Positions 38,626 to 48,864 of a stretch of DNA of 64,000 bases are shown in pieces. The first letter of the stretch is position 1. Every line of letters begins with the position of its first letter. Under the pieces are notes generated by a model. The model did not search any database, was not told the origin of the DNA, and saw only the letters and a list, made by a program, of their open reading frames with translations. A program made the translations under genes and the position numbers. The stretch comes from an uncultured Gemmatimonadales bacterium (GTDB lineage Bacteria > Gemmatimonadota > Gemmatimonadetes > Longimicrobiales > Longimicrobiaceae), in NCBI GenBank assembly GCA_963716255.1, contig OY970303.1, positions 5,056,001-5,120,000 of the forward strand, written 5' to 3'.

Positions 38626-38935
38626 TTGGAGGACTTCGTCAGGCTGGTCGGACCGAACGGGGTCGTGGAGGTCTTCGGGGTACGGCTCGTCGGGGTGAAC
38701 GTGGAGAACGGCACGAAGCTCCTGCTCACGCTGGTCTTCATCGCCGCGACCGTCCTGCTCGCGCGCCTGGTGCACGGGCTGGGGAGCTGGGTTCTGCGCG
38801 GGCGCCGGGACCGGCGGGTCGCCTTCTGGTTCCGGCAGGCGGTGAACCTGGGCACCGCGGTCGTGCTGGTGCTCGGCTTCGTCCCGATCTGGTTCGACGA
38901 CCCCACCCGGCTGGCGACGGCGCTCGGGCTGGTAG
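38626..38935 (+). pseudogene. 5' remnant of an MscS gene
   Basis: Matches 57839-58146 up to PTRLATALGLV, then homology stops. Confidence 0.85.
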
Positions 38936-38970
38936 CCGTCCTGAACAGCCAACGCCGACGTATGACCGCG

Positions 38971-39476
38971 ATGTTTTTCAGCTCCTGGCAGGGTCTCCTG
39001 CGCGTCGCCGTGGTCGGCACGCTCGCCTACCGGCGCTGGTGGTCATGCTCCGCGTCTCGGGGAAGCGGATGCTGGCCAAGATGAACGCGTTCGAACTGGT
39101 GGTGACGGTCGCCCTGGGCTCCACGCTGGCTACCGTGCTTCTGTCCAGGGACGTGGCCCTGGCCGAGGGCCTGCTCGCCACACTGATCGCGCTGCAGATC
39201 GGCGTCGATTGGCTGTCCGTGAGGTCGGCGAGGGAGCAGGAGCTGGTGAAGAGCGAGCCGGCACCCCTCTTCTTCGATGGACGCTACCTGGACGGCGCGC
39301 TCCGCCGCGAGCGCGTGGCCCGCGGGGAGGTCCGGGCCGCGGTCCGGGCGGCGGGAGTGGCTTCGCTGGACGACGTGACGGCGGTCGTGCTGTAGACGGA
39401 CGGCACCTTCGGCGTGGTGTGAGGCGGGGATGGGGAGCGGGGGAGCCTCCAGGACCTCGGGGCACTGTCCGGCTGA
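38971..39476 (+). pseudogene. DUF421/YetF pseudogene
   Basis: MFFSSW..., frameshift near 39030, premature TAG in VVL*TDG. Confidence 0.85.
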
Positions 39477-39494
39477 CACCCGGTACTGGAAACA

Positions 39495-40135
39495 GGTGGG
39501 TACGGACGCAAAGAGCCGGACGGCGGGAACGTGGGAACCGCGGGTTCCTAGTGGGGCTCGCGCGGGCCTTCGGCGGGGCGATCTTCTTCCCGCTTCCGCT
39601 GCTCATGACCATGGAGATCTGGTACCTGGGGTTCTTCACGGACCGGTACCGCCTCGTGCTCTTCATAGTGATGATAGTCCCCATGCTGATCGGGCTGGAC
39701 CACTATTCCGGGTTCCGCGAGAACTCCACCTATCGTGAAGATGCCGTGGTCGGCGTCATCGCGTGCGGCGTCGGGTTCTGCGCCTCGGCCGCCGTGCTCG
39801 CGCTCCTGGCCGTGATCGACACCACGATGCCGGCACAGGAACTCGTCGGAATGATCCCATCAGGCCATTCTGGCGAGATTCGGGGCGACCCTCGCCACCA
39901 GCCAGCTCGGGACGGGAGCCGGGGACGGGAAGGCGGAGGAAGCGAGGAAGAGCAACGCCGGCTACGGCGCCGAGGTCTTCTTCATGGTCGCGGGAGCGAC
40001 CTTTCTCGCGTTCAACGTCGTGCCGACGGATGGGCGCCTCCCTGCTGCTGATGCACGCCTTCGTCTTCGCGGTGGAGCCCCGGGGGACCGAGTCGCCCCC
40101 GAGGGGCACGCCCGGGTGGAGTGTTTTCCTTCGTT
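39495..40135 (+). pseudogene. TIGR02587/DUF2391-like integral membrane protein pseudogene
   Basis: GLARAFGGAIFFPLPLLMTMEIWYLG followed by frameshifts; truncated near the Tn3-like IR. Confidence 0.7.
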
Positions 40136-40155
40136 CCAGGGACCCGACAATCAGT

Positions 40156-40193
40156 CTTGGCGTACGACTTTTTCCGTTTCGTGAGTACACCCC
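40156..40193 (-). mobile_element. Solitary Tn3-family 38-bp terminal inverted repeat
   Basis: Minus strand GGGGTGTACTCACGAAACGGAAAAAGTCGTACGCCAAG: 38 bp, GGGG start, inner CGGAAAAA.TCGTACGC.AAG as in Tn21/Tn501-type IRs. Confidence 0.8.
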
Positions 40194-40195
40194 TC

Positions 40196-41680
40196 TCATG
40201 CTCCTGACGTGGCGGCCGGCTGCGGGCCGGAGGTGGCTTCGCGCCGGTTCGTCGCCGGGAGCCGCAGCGTGAAGATAGTCTCCCGGCCGACCTCGCTGGC
40301 CACGGTGAGGTCGCCGCTCAGCAGCCGGGCGATCCGTCGGCTGATGGCAAGGCCGAGGCCGCTCCCTTCACCGCCGCTGTCGGGGATCCGGTAAAACTCC
40401 AGGAAGATCCTGTCCAGCTCGGACCCGGCGATCCCCGGCCCGAAGTCGGCCACCCGCACCACGCCCCACCCCTGGACGGCGCCCCCGGCGTCCGGCTCGC
40501 GGGCGACCGACAGGACGATCCGGTCGCTCCCGTGCGCGTACTTGACCGCGTTGGAGATCAGGTTCCCGACGATCTGCCGGACCCGCGCGGGATCCGTGTG
40601 GACCAGGACCGGGAGGAGGGGAAGCTCCAGGTCGATGCGCTTCCCCGAGGCCGTCGCGGTGCCGAGGTACTCCCCGGCGGCGGAGCGAACGAGCGGGACG
40701 AGGTCCACGCGGCCCCACTCGATCGGGAGGTCTCCCCCCTCGGCGCGCGAGACCTCAAGCAGGTCGCGGATAATCCCCAGCGCGTTCCTGATGCACCGGC
40801 GCACCGCGTCCACCATCTCCTCCTGCGCCGGTGCCAGCGGCCCGCGGAGCCCCATCTGCAGGAGCTCGGAGTACCCGTCCGCCGCGCCCAGCGGATTCTT
40901 GATGTCGTGGGTGATCCCCCGGACCAGCCGCTGGCGGGATTCCATGTTGCGCCGGGTCTCGCGGAGCGCCTGCTCCGCCTGGATCCTGCGCCCCTCGGCC
41001 TCGTGGGCCAGCCGTCTCAGCCGGCCCGCGAGCCGGGCGACGACCAGCGAGGAAGTGAAGGCGAGGAGGACCAGGCCCGCTGTGACGACCAGGCCCAGGC
41101 GCTCCAGCTCCCGGATGCGCTCGCCGCGTGTCTGCGCGGCCCGCATGATGGCCGCGTCCAGATCGCGGGCCGCGCCCAGCGCCTGCTCGTAGAGCTCCTG
41201 CTCGTTGGCGATTCCGGCGAGGAACGCGGGGGATGCCTCGCGGCGGCGGACGACCTCGGACTCGTCGACCCGCCGGTGCCATTCGGCGGAGAGCGTGTGG
41301 AGCTCGGCGAACTCGTGGGCGACCTCCGGGCCCAGGCCGTGTGCGAGGGGATGGAGCTGCCGGTAGGTGTCCTGCTCCCGGGCGCGGGCCTGCGAGTAGA
41401 CGTCCAGGAACTCCGCCCGGCTGGTGAGCAGGAAGCCGCGCAGCGCGGACATCTCCCGGGCCAGGGCGAACTGGATCCCGGTCACCAGCGTGCGCCCCGG
41501 GTCGGCGCGCTCGTCGATCTCCGTGCGCACCGCGTCGATGCGCCGCTGCAGCAGGACCGGAGCGAGCACCGACAGGGTGAGCGAGACAAGGACCAGCCCC
41601 AGCGCCAGCGAGCCGATCCACGCCGGACGCGCGCGGCGTGGCTCCTCCGGAACCGCGTCGAGCCCACGCTCCGCCGGCAC
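40196..41680 (-). CDS. Membrane sensor histidine kinase (CHASE3-like), paralog of the 18083 and 53874 kinases
   Basis: QFALAREMSALRGFLLT, THDIKNPLG, NLISNAVKY, DFGPGI, GSGLGL; GTG start next to the upstream stop (ATG 41731 is an alternative). Confidence 0.92.
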   Translation of the reverse strand: MPAERGLDAVPEEPRRARPAWIGSLALGLVLVSLTLSVLAPVLLQRRIDAVRTEIDERADPGRTLVTGIQFALAREMSALRGFLLTSRAEFLDVYSQARAREQDTYRQLHPLAHGLGPEVAHEFAELHTLSAEWHRRVDESEVVRRREASPAFLAGIANEQELYEQALGAARDLDAAIMRAAQTRGERIRELERLGLVVTAGLVLLAFTSSLVVARLAGRLRRLAHEAEGRRIQAEQALRETRRNMESRQRLVRGITHDIKNPLGAADGYSELLQMGLRGPLAPAQEEMVDAVRRCIRNALGIIRDLLEVSRAEGGDLPIEWGRVDLVPLVRSAAGEYLGTATASGKRIDLELPLLPVLVHTDPARVRQIVGNLISNAVKYAHGSDRIVLSVAREPDAGGAVQGWGVVRVADFGPGIAGSELDRIFLEFYRIPDSGGEGSGLGLAISRRIARLLSGDLTVASEVGRETIFTLRLPATNRREATSGPQPAATSGA

Positions 41681-41681
41681 C

Positions 41682-43982
41682 TCAGCCCTCCGTCCGGAAT
41701 GCGGCGCACGGCGCTCCCGCGAGATCCGCATTCTCCGTCCCCTCCCACCACTCCCGCCGGCCGCCTTCGTCGGCCGGGGACAGCCTGTCTGCCCGCGTCC
41801 ACTCCTCCCGGAGCCAGTCCGGGGCCTCGGCGAAGCCCAGGGCGCGCGCGTGGCGGAGGACGATTCCCCGGACCCGGGCGTCGGCCGCGGCCGCGATCAG
41901 CCGGCGCACCGTCCGATTTTCGGCCGCACCGTGGGCCGCGAGCGGACGCGCGCAGCGGGCCCCCGTCCAGGAGCGGAGCACCTCGTCGCGCTCCTGGACG
42001 GCGCGCTCGATCTCGCCCCGGACCGCCGCTCCGTGCTCCGCCACCTCCGCCATGGACGGCGGCATCGTCGCGCCGGGGCGCGGGAGCGCCCGCCGGCTCT
42101 CCCCGCCCACGGCCGCGACGAGGAGGTCGTGGACGGTCGGGAAGCGCTCCGGGCCGCGGATCCGGAGATGCTCCTGCCGGGCGGACGCGGGGACCGGAGA
42201 AGCCACTTCCAGGAGGGGGAGGAGCGCTTCGGCCGACGCGCCGCTGGAGTCGTGCAGCAGAGAGAGCCCGTAGCCGCCCAGGAAGTCGTCCTGGGCGGAA
42301 GAGAGGAAGCCGCTGCTCCGGCCTCGCTGGGCCAGCGTGGAGACCACGAACCCGTCGACGCTGCGGGCAAAGGTCTCCGCCGGGCGCCGGGCGTACCGCC
42401 GCTGCGCGGCCGTGTCGGCGCGCAGGCTCGGCACGGGCGACTCGGGGAGCCTGCGGGCCGCGGCGGCGAACCGGTCCGCGAGGCCGTGGTGCACGGCCAG
42501 CTCCGTCGCGTACGCGGACCGGCGCCCGTAGCGGCGCAGCGCCGCCTGCCAGTCGAGGTCGTGGGCCACTTCGTGCGCGATCGCGCCGGGGCCGGTCTCC
42601 GGAGGCAGGACGATGACCCGCCCGAAGGGGTCGTGGATCGCGACCGCCGCGCCCTCCTTGCCGGTGCGCCCGAATTTGAAGCGGGCCCCGTGCAGGTCCA
42701 GGCCCGGCAGGACCTGCCGGAGGTCCGCCAGCGCGTCGCCCAGCACGTGCCGGTAGAAGGGGTGCCAGCCCGGCGGGACCTCCGGGTCGAACTCGACCGC
42801 GGCGATCCCGAAGCGCTGCGTGAGCTCCGCGGCCGTGGGCGCCGGGAACCCGGGGTACCAGACGCGCTCCTGGGCGAACGGCCGGAGCGCCACGGCGGCT
42901 TCCACCGCCACGCGGGCGAGGAGGGCCCGGTCCGGTCCCGCCGTGGCCGCGAGGAGCGCGTGCTCGGCGGCGAAGCTTTCCTCCGTCCAGGCGTACCGGA
43001 GGAACCGATCCATCTCCTCGCGGCTCCCGGTCCGCTCGGCGTCCCGGAGGAGCTCTGGGCGGTACCGGTCGAGCGTGATGCGGACCGGCGCGTGCGGTGC
43101 GGGATTCCGGGACCGGGTGATCTCGCTCAGGCGGCGGGCGACGGCCGGGGCGAGCCCGGAGCGGGCGGGACCCGGCTCGGGACCCGGGTCCCCCGCGCGC
43201 AGGCCAGCCGCGACGTGCCGGACCTCGTCCAGGAGCGGGCCGGCCAGCTCCGCGGCGGCGGTCTCCACGGCCGCGGAGCGGGGCGCCGCCGTGGGAGCCT
43301 CGACCTCCAGGCGCCGGGCCGCTCTCCACCCGGCGATCAGCGGGAAGGGATGCCGCCCCGTCTCCCCGGCGTGCGACAGGAGACGCAGCGCGTCGCGGCT
43401 CGCCAGCTCGCCGTCCCGCGCGAGGGCCGCCGCGGACGCGGCGAAGAAAGGGGCGCCCGGAGCGACGGCGTGCTCAGCCGCGGCCAACTGGTAGGCCAGG
43501 CGCACCGCCGTCTCGCCGACGCGTGGGTCCCCGGAGCTCCGGACGGCGCGCCGGATGAGCCGGAGGTGCATCTCCGCCGCCACCGGGGTCCGGGTGAGGG
43601 AATCGGTCCCGGCCGCCGCCAGCACCCCGGGATCGACGGCGTACCCCTCGCCCTCCGCGGTGGCGCGGAGAAGCGCCCATACAGTGGCCGCCTTGGCTCC
43701 CCGGGAGAGCCGCGGATCCTGCAGCGCCTGGTCCATCAGCCGGAACGGGCTCCCCAGCCCCAGACGTAGGCGCTCCTGGTAGCCCAGCGTGACCACCTCC
43801 TCGCCGGAGAGCGATCCGGGGGCGGCGTGCTGCCGCGCCTCCATCCGCGCGACGCGCTCCGCCGCCGAGGTCATCTGCTTCCCGAAGGAGGTTCCCGGGT
43901 CCGTGGTGCTCCGGTCCGCGCACGCCCCCAGCAGCGACATCGCGAGGAAGAGCACGGCCCCCCGCGCGGGCCGTACCCTCAT
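41682..43982 (-). CDS. Large uncharacterised lipoprotein with HExxH motif, paralog B
   Basis: LLGAC lipobox, IAHEVAHDLDW, RPAETFARS; ATGA overlap with the transglycosylase stop. Confidence 0.82.
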   Translation of the reverse strand: MRVRPARGAVLFLAMSLLGACADRSTTDPGTSFGKQMTSAAERVARMEARQHAAPGSLSGEEVVTLGYQERLRLGLGSPFRLMDQALQDPRLSRGAKAATVWALLRATAEGEGYAVDPGVLAAAGTDSLTRTPVAAEMHLRLIRRAVRSSGDPRVGETAVRLAYQLAAAEHAVAPGAPFFAASAAALARDGELASRDALRLLSHAGETGRHPFPLIAGWRAARRLEVEAPTAAPRSAAVETAAAELAGPLLDEVRHVAAGLRAGDPGPEPGPARSGLAPAVARRLSEITRSRNPAPHAPVRITLDRYRPELLRDAERTGSREEMDRFLRYAWTEESFAAEHALLAATAGPDRALLARVAVEAAVALRPFAQERVWYPGFPAPTAAELTQRFGIAAVEFDPEVPPGWHPFYRHVLGDALADLRQVLPGLDLHGARFKFGRTGKEGAAVAIHDPFGRVIVLPPETGPGAIAHEVAHDLDWQAALRRYGRRSAYATELAVHHGLADRFAAAARRLPESPVPSLRADTAAQRRYARRPAETFARSVDGFVVSTLAQRGRSSGFLSSAQDDFLGGYGLSLLHDSSGASAEALLPLLEVASPVPASARQEHLRIRGPERFPTVHDLLVAAVGGESRRALPRPGATMPPSMAEVAEHGAAVRGEIERAVQERDEVLRSWTGARCARPLAAHGAAENRTVRRLIAAAADARVRGIVLRHARALGFAEAPDWLREEWTRADRLSPADEGGRREWWEGTENADLAGAPCAAFRTEG

Positions 43983-46180
43983 CGTTCCCCTCCGGCACGT
44001 GCGCCGGCCGGCTCCGCTCCGTACAGCCAGGCGTAGAGGCGGGCGTTGCGCTGCACCACCTGCACGTACTCCCGGGTCTCCGCGTACGGGATCCGCTCGG
44101 CGAACAGCTCCTCGTCGCGGAACTCGGGGAATGCCCGCCACCGGGCGACCCGGCCCGACCCCGCGTTGTAGCCCGCGAGCACGTCGGTGAGCCGCGCTCC
44201 GGGAGCGCGGAGCAGTCCGGCCAAGTGGCGGACCCCCAGCCGCAGGTTGAGGTCGGGACGCTTCAGCTGCTCCGGGTGGAAGCCGGGGATTCCCTCGGAG
44301 CGGGCGAGGGACCGTCCCGTCGCCGGCATCACCTGCATCAGCCCCACCGCGCCCGCACCGCTCACCGCGGCGGAGTCGAACATGGACTCCTGCCGGATCA
44401 GCCCCGCGACCAGGAACGGGTCGATCCCCCACCGCCCCGCCTCGGCGACGATCCGCTCCCGGTACGGGAATGGGTAGACGATGCGGAGCAGCCGGCGGTT
44501 CCACGCCCCTTCGGCTCGGAACACCTCCCACCCCAGGCGGATCCCGGCGGCCAGCTGCCCCGCCTGCTGGAGCCCCTCGGCCACGGGGTACAGCCCCTCC
44601 GGCGCGCCGTCGAAGTGCAGCCGGACGCGCTCCATCTCCAGCTCCACGGCTCCGGCGATCCCCGCCTCCCGGAGGGCGGCCAGGCGCACCAGCGCACCCC
44701 GTGCCTCTTCCTCCACCCGCGGATCGACCCGCGGGCCGGCGGGCAGGGAGGCCGCGGACAGCTCTCCCCCCGTGCTCTCCAGGGCGCGCAGCCCGTAGTA
44801 GGACACGGGATCGGCCCGGACCGTCTCCCGGAACAGCTCCCGCGCCCGGTCCCCGTCCCCCGCCGCGTGGTGCATCCGGGCCATCCAGTAGGTCGCAGCC
44901 TGGAAGGGCTCGCCCCGGGGATGCGCGTCGCGGCTGCGCTCGAACGTCGCCGCGGCCCGCTCCGGACGTCCGTCCAGGTAGTCGAGGCCAGCCAGCCGCA
45001 TCGCGGCGGCCGCTTTCCTGGGGGAGCTGCCGGGAGCGGCGAGCACGCGCGCGTACCCGGCGCGGGCCTCGCGGTGGCGGCCCGCGTCGTGGTCCAGGTC
45101 CGCGACCGCGAACAGGGCCTCGACCGCGGCGGACTCCTCCGGGAAGCGGTCGGCCGCCTGCCGGAACGTCGCGACCGCGCGCTCCTGTGCCCCCTGCCGG
45201 TACTGCGACCGGCCCGCGAGGAGCAGCGCCTCCGCGGCGACCGCCGGAGGGGCCGAGCGCGCCAGCGCCAGGAGCGTCCGCTCCGCCTCCGCGTGCCGGC
45301 CGGCGCGCTGCCTCGCCCGCCCGATCTCCAGGCGAACCTCGGCCCCGTCGGCGGGCCCGCCGGGCACTCCGGCCAGGTAGGCTTCGAGGTCGGCGATGCC
45401 GGAGTCGGTCTGCGCGTGCGCGAGCAGGACCCGCCCCGTCTGCCTCCTCTCGTCCGGTGTGGCGCCGCGGAGCGCGCGGAGGGCACGGGCGCCCCGGAGA
45501 GCGGCGCCGGAGCGCGGGGCGGCCTCGAGGGCGCGTGCGAGGTCGGCCCGCGCCGTGGCGGTGTCGCCGCGGGCCAGACGCAGCTCCGCGGCGCGGACCC
45601 AGGCCTCGGCCCGACGCGCTGGTGTGCCGAGGTGCGGCGCGGCGGAGGCGGCCGCCTCCGCCGCGCGGACGGGATCACCGGCTTTCCGGAACCCCTCGAC
45701 CCGCGCCTGCCACCCCCGCTCGCGCACCAGCCCGGGCTCACCCTCCGCGAAAGCCGCGCGCACCCCGGCCGTGTCCCCCGCCGCGGCCGCGGCCTCCGCT
45801 TCGAGGACCCTGGCCCAGTCCGCGATCCCCGGGTGCGCTCGCGCGGCCGCGCGGAACGACGCCCGGGCGCCGGCCGCGTCACCGGCACGCTGGAGGGCGC
45901 TCGCCGCGCGCAGCCCGGCTGCGGCCGGGGCGACCGCCCCGGCCGCAGCGGCTCCGCGGAGGTACGGCAGGAGGGGAGCCGGCCGCGGCGCCTCCACCGC
46001 GGCCTCCACCGGCGTCGCGGGCGTATCCGCGCCGCCCGTGCTCGTCGTCGGCCCGGGAGCACACCCCGCCCCCGGCGCCGCCATGCCGAGGAGCCCGAGC
46101 ACGGCGCCTCGCCCGAGGGCCGTGCGGGACGAGCGCCTTCCCGGGAGACCTCCTGCACTCCGACGAACGCTGAACTTCAT
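43979..46180 (-). CDS. Soluble lytic transglycosylase (SLT domain) with TPR repeats
   Basis: LIRQESMFD, GAVGLMQVMPAT, AGYNAG, IPYAETREYV; N-terminal TPR-like helices. Confidence 0.93.
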   Translation of the reverse strand: MKFSVRRSAGGLPGRRSSRTALGRGAVLGLLGMAAPGAGCAPGPTTSTGGADTPATPVEAAVEAPRPAPLLPYLRGAAAAGAVAPAAAGLRAASALQRAGDAAGARASFRAAARAHPGIADWARVLEAEAAAAAGDTAGVRAAFAEGEPGLVRERGWQARVEGFRKAGDPVRAAEAAASAAPHLGTPARRAEAWVRAAELRLARGDTATARADLARALEAAPRSGAALRGARALRALRGATPDERRQTGRVLLAHAQTDSGIADLEAYLAGVPGGPADGAEVRLEIGRARQRAGRHAEAERTLLALARSAPPAVAAEALLLAGRSQYRQGAQERAVATFRQAADRFPEESAAVEALFAVADLDHDAGRHREARAGYARVLAAPGSSPRKAAAAMRLAGLDYLDGRPERAAATFERSRDAHPRGEPFQAATYWMARMHHAAGDGDRARELFRETVRADPVSYYGLRALESTGGELSAASLPAGPRVDPRVEEEARGALVRLAALREAGIAGAVELEMERVRLHFDGAPEGLYPVAEGLQQAGQLAAGIRLGWEVFRAEGAWNRRLLRIVYPFPYRERIVAEAGRWGIDPFLVAGLIRQESMFDSAAVSGAGAVGLMQVMPATGRSLARSEGIPGFHPEQLKRPDLNLRLGVRHLAGLLRAPGARLTDVLAGYNAGSGRVARWRAFPEFRDEELFAERIPYAETREYVQVVQRNARLYAWLYGAEPAGARAGGER

Positions 46181-46183
46181 GGG

Positions 46184-46753
46184 TCAGGGGTTTCCGGTTC
46201 CGGGGCGGCGGCCGAGCACCACGAACTCCGCCCGGCGGTTCCGGGCGTGCGCCTCCTCGCCGGAGCCGAGCTCCAGCGGGCGCTCCTCCCCGTGGCTCGT
46301 CACGCCGATCCGCCGGGGCTCGACGCCGAAGCCGACCAGGTACTCCCTGGCCGCGCTGGCCCTCCGCATCCCCAGGGCGAGGTTGTACTCGGTGGAGCCC
46401 TGCTCGTCGGCGTGTCCCTCCACCCGGACGCGGACCGACGGGTCGGTGCGGAGGAGGACCGCCTTCTGGTCGAGGATGCTCCGGGCCCGCCCGTCCAGGT
46501 CGAACGAGTCGAAGCCGAAGAAGATCATCTCCGAGAGCGCCGCGTCCCGGCGCGCCGCCTCCTCCCTCCGCCGTGCCTCGTCCGCCTCGCGGCGCGACCG
46601 CTCCTCGGCCTCGCGCTCCGCCGCGCGGCGGTCCGCTTCGGCTTCGGTGGCGGGCCCCCCGCCCGGGGTGGTGGTAGTCCCGCGCGGCTTCTTGGCGCAC
46701 CCGGTCAGGGCCAGGGCCGCGCACAGTGCACCGACGACGAACGTGCTCCGCAT
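46184..46753 (-). CDS. pal: Peptidoglycan-associated lipoprotein (Pal/OmpA family)
   Basis: LTGC lipobox, IFFGFDS, VEGHADEQGSTEYNLALGMRRA, SHGEERP, NRRAEF. Confidence 0.9.
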   Translation of the reverse strand: MRSTFVVGALCAALALTGCAKKPRGTTTTPGGGPATEAEADRRAAEREAEERSRREADEARRREEAARRDAALSEMIFFGFDSFDLDGRARSILDQKAVLLRTDPSVRVRVEGHADEQGSTEYNLALGMRRASAAREYLVGFGVEPRRIGVTSHGEERPLELGSGEEAHARNRRAEFVVLGRRPGTGNP

Positions 46754-46823
46754 GTGATCTCCTTGGGTCAGGCTGGAATGCTCCCTTGGGGAGCCGGGTT
46801 TCGCGGTCCGCGGATCGGACCGA

Positions 46824-47246
46824 CTACGAGGGATGGGGCTCGCCCCCCTCCGGCGCTCCCGGGCGCACGCGCCCGGCGACCACCAGGACCGGGACCGGAC
46901 AGCGCGTGAGCAGCTGCGCGGCCGTGGAGCCGGGCCCGAGCGGGTGGAAGCCGGTCCGCCCGTGGCTTCCCACGGCCACCAGGGAGGCGCCGACCTCCAG
47001 TGCGCAGCGGACGATCTGCGCCCAGGGGACGCCGAAGCGGAGGGTGAGCCCGCCGGGATCGACGCCTGCCTCGGACATCCACGCCCTCACGGCGCGATCG
47101 GGCTGCCACAGGGCGGCGCCGGCGACGTGCACGATCATCACCTCCGTGCCCAGGGCCGCAGCGAGGTCCCTTGCCTCCCGCACCGCCCCGGCGGAGCCGT
47201 CCGAGAAGTCGGTCGCGACCAGGATCGGCCCGGCTGGCTGGTTCAA
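46824..47246 (-). CDS. Single-domain universal stress protein
   Basis: ILVATDFS, LVAVGSHGRTG..GSTAAQLLTRCPVPVLVV. Confidence 0.88.
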   Translation of the reverse strand: MNQPAGPILVATDFSDGSAGAVREARDLAAALGTEVMIVHVAGAALWQPDRAVRAWMSEAGVDPGGLTLRFGVPWAQIVRCALEVGASLVAVGSHGRTGFHPLGPGSTAAQLLTRCPVPVLVVAGRVRPGAPEGGEPHPS

Positions 47247-47323
47247 GCGCTCTCGTCCGTCTCGAGGGGAGCCTTACGCGCAGAGCACGGGCAGGATCGT
47301 CAGGGGTGAACGGGCCCCGGAAA

Positions 47324-47339
47324 AGCAAGGCCCGGACCA
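47324..47339 (-). promoter_or_regulatory. Possible sigma54 promoter for the usp-pal-slt operon
   Basis: Minus strand TGGTCCGGGCCTTGCT (GG-N10-GC), about 78 nt upstream of the usp start. Confidence 0.5.
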
Positions 47340-47493
47340 CGGGGAAATATCCCGTAAGTTGCGTTTCTAGTTGGAGATACGATTCAAGCGGGAAGCCGCG
47401 GAAGTGGGGCGGTCTGCCCCGTGCGGCCGGGATTGCAGGAAGGGCGCGGGGTTCCGGGGGTGTGGCAGGATGCCACACCACTGTCCCGGATCG

Positions 47494-48864
47494 CTACACG
47501 TCGGAGGGGGTGTCCTGCCCGAACTCGGCGAGCTTGCGGTAGAGCGTCTTGCGGTCGAGGCCCAGGATCTCGGCCGCGCGCGACTTGTTGCCTCCGGTCT
47601 GCCGGAGGACCTCGAGGATGTACTCCCGCTCCAGCTCGCGCAGCGGGAGCTGGCGCTGGGAAGCGTCGGCCACCAGCGTGGCGGTCCGGCCCACCTCGCG
47701 CACCCGGGGAGGAAGGTCCTCGGGGTGGACCACGTCGGTGGCGGCGAGGGTGGCGGCCCGCGCGATGGCGTTCCGCAGCTCCCTCACGTTGCCCGGCCAG
47801 GGGTACGAGGTGAGCATGGCCAGCGCCTCGCGGGAGATCTGCCGCGCACCCGGCCGGGAGGACCCTGCCGCGGGGCCGGAAACCGTCAGGAAGTGCTCGG
47901 CGAGCAGGGGGATGTCCGCGGTCCGCTCGCGCAGCGGGGGCACGGCGACGTGCAGGACGTTGAGCCGCCAGAAGAGGTCCTCGCGGAAGCGGCCCTCCCG
48001 GACCTCCTCCTCCAGGTCGCGGTTGGTCGCGGCGACCACGCGCACGTCCACGCGGTGCGCCTCCGTGGCGCCCACCCGGCGGACCTCGCCCGATTCGAGG
48101 ACCCGGAGCAGCTTGGGCTGGAGCGCCGGGGGAAGCTCCCCGACCTCGTCCAGGAAGAGGGTGCCGCCGTCGGCCGCGTGGAACAACCCGACCTTGTCGC
48201 GGTCGGCGCCGGTGAACGCGCCCCTGACGTGGCCGAAGAGCTCGGACTCGAGGAGGTGCTCGGGGAGGGCGGCGCAGTTGACCGCCACGAAGGCGCTCCG
48301 GCTGGAATATTGGTGGAGGGAGTGGGCGACGAGCTCCTTGCCGGTCCCGCTCTCGCCGGTTATCAGCACGGGGTGGCCGGAGTCCGCGATCCGGCTCAGC
48401 ATCCGGAAGAGCTCCTGCATGGGGCGGCTGGCGCCGACGAACCCCGGCGGGGGGGCCGCCGCAGCCCGGGAGAGCCGCGCCACCTCGCGGCGCAGGCGGC
48501 TCTCCTGGAGCGCGCGCTCGACGGTCAGGAGGAGCTCGTCCGTCCCGAAGGGCTTGGTCAGGTAGTCGTACGCGCCGGCCTTCATCATCTCGATCGCCGA
48601 GTCGATGGAGCCGAACGCGGTGATGACGACGACGTTCAGCTCCGGGCGGCGCGCGCGGATCTCCTGCAGGAGCGCGTGCCCCCGCATCCCCGGCAGGACG
48701 AGGTCGGTGACGACCAGGTCGGCGGGCTCCCCCGTCATGAGGTGCCGGAGGGCGGCGTCCGCGGTGGGGAACGCCTCCACGGAGTACCCGGCCTCGCCGA
48801 GCGCTTCCGCCAGGAACTCGCGGAGGTCCCGGTGGTCCTCGACCACGACGATCCGCTCAGGCAC
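47494..48864 (-). CDS. sigma54-dependent (NtrC/AtoC-family) response regulator
   Basis: Receiver (DLVVTD), Walker A GESGTGKE, ESELFGHVRGAFTGA, LFLDEV, WPGNVREL, Fis-type HTH. Confidence 0.96.
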   Translation of the reverse strand: MPERIVVVEDHRDLREFLAEALGEAGYSVEAFPTADAALRHLMTGEPADLVVTDLVLPGMRGHALLQEIRARRPELNVVVITAFGSIDSAIEMMKAGAYDYLTKPFGTDELLLTVERALQESRLRREVARLSRAAAAPPPGFVGASRPMQELFRMLSRIADSGHPVLITGESGTGKELVAHSLHQYSSRSAFVAVNCAALPEHLLESELFGHVRGAFTGADRDKVGLFHAADGGTLFLDEVGELPPALQPKLLRVLESGEVRRVGATEAHRVDVRVVAATNRDLEEEVREGRFREDLFWRLNVLHVAVPPLRERTADIPLLAEHFLTVSGPAAGSSRPGARQISREALAMLTSYPWPGNVRELRNAIARAATLAATDVVHPEDLPPRVREVGRTATLVADASQRQLPLRELEREYILEVLRQTGGNKSRAAEILGLDRKTLYRKLAEFGQDTPSDV

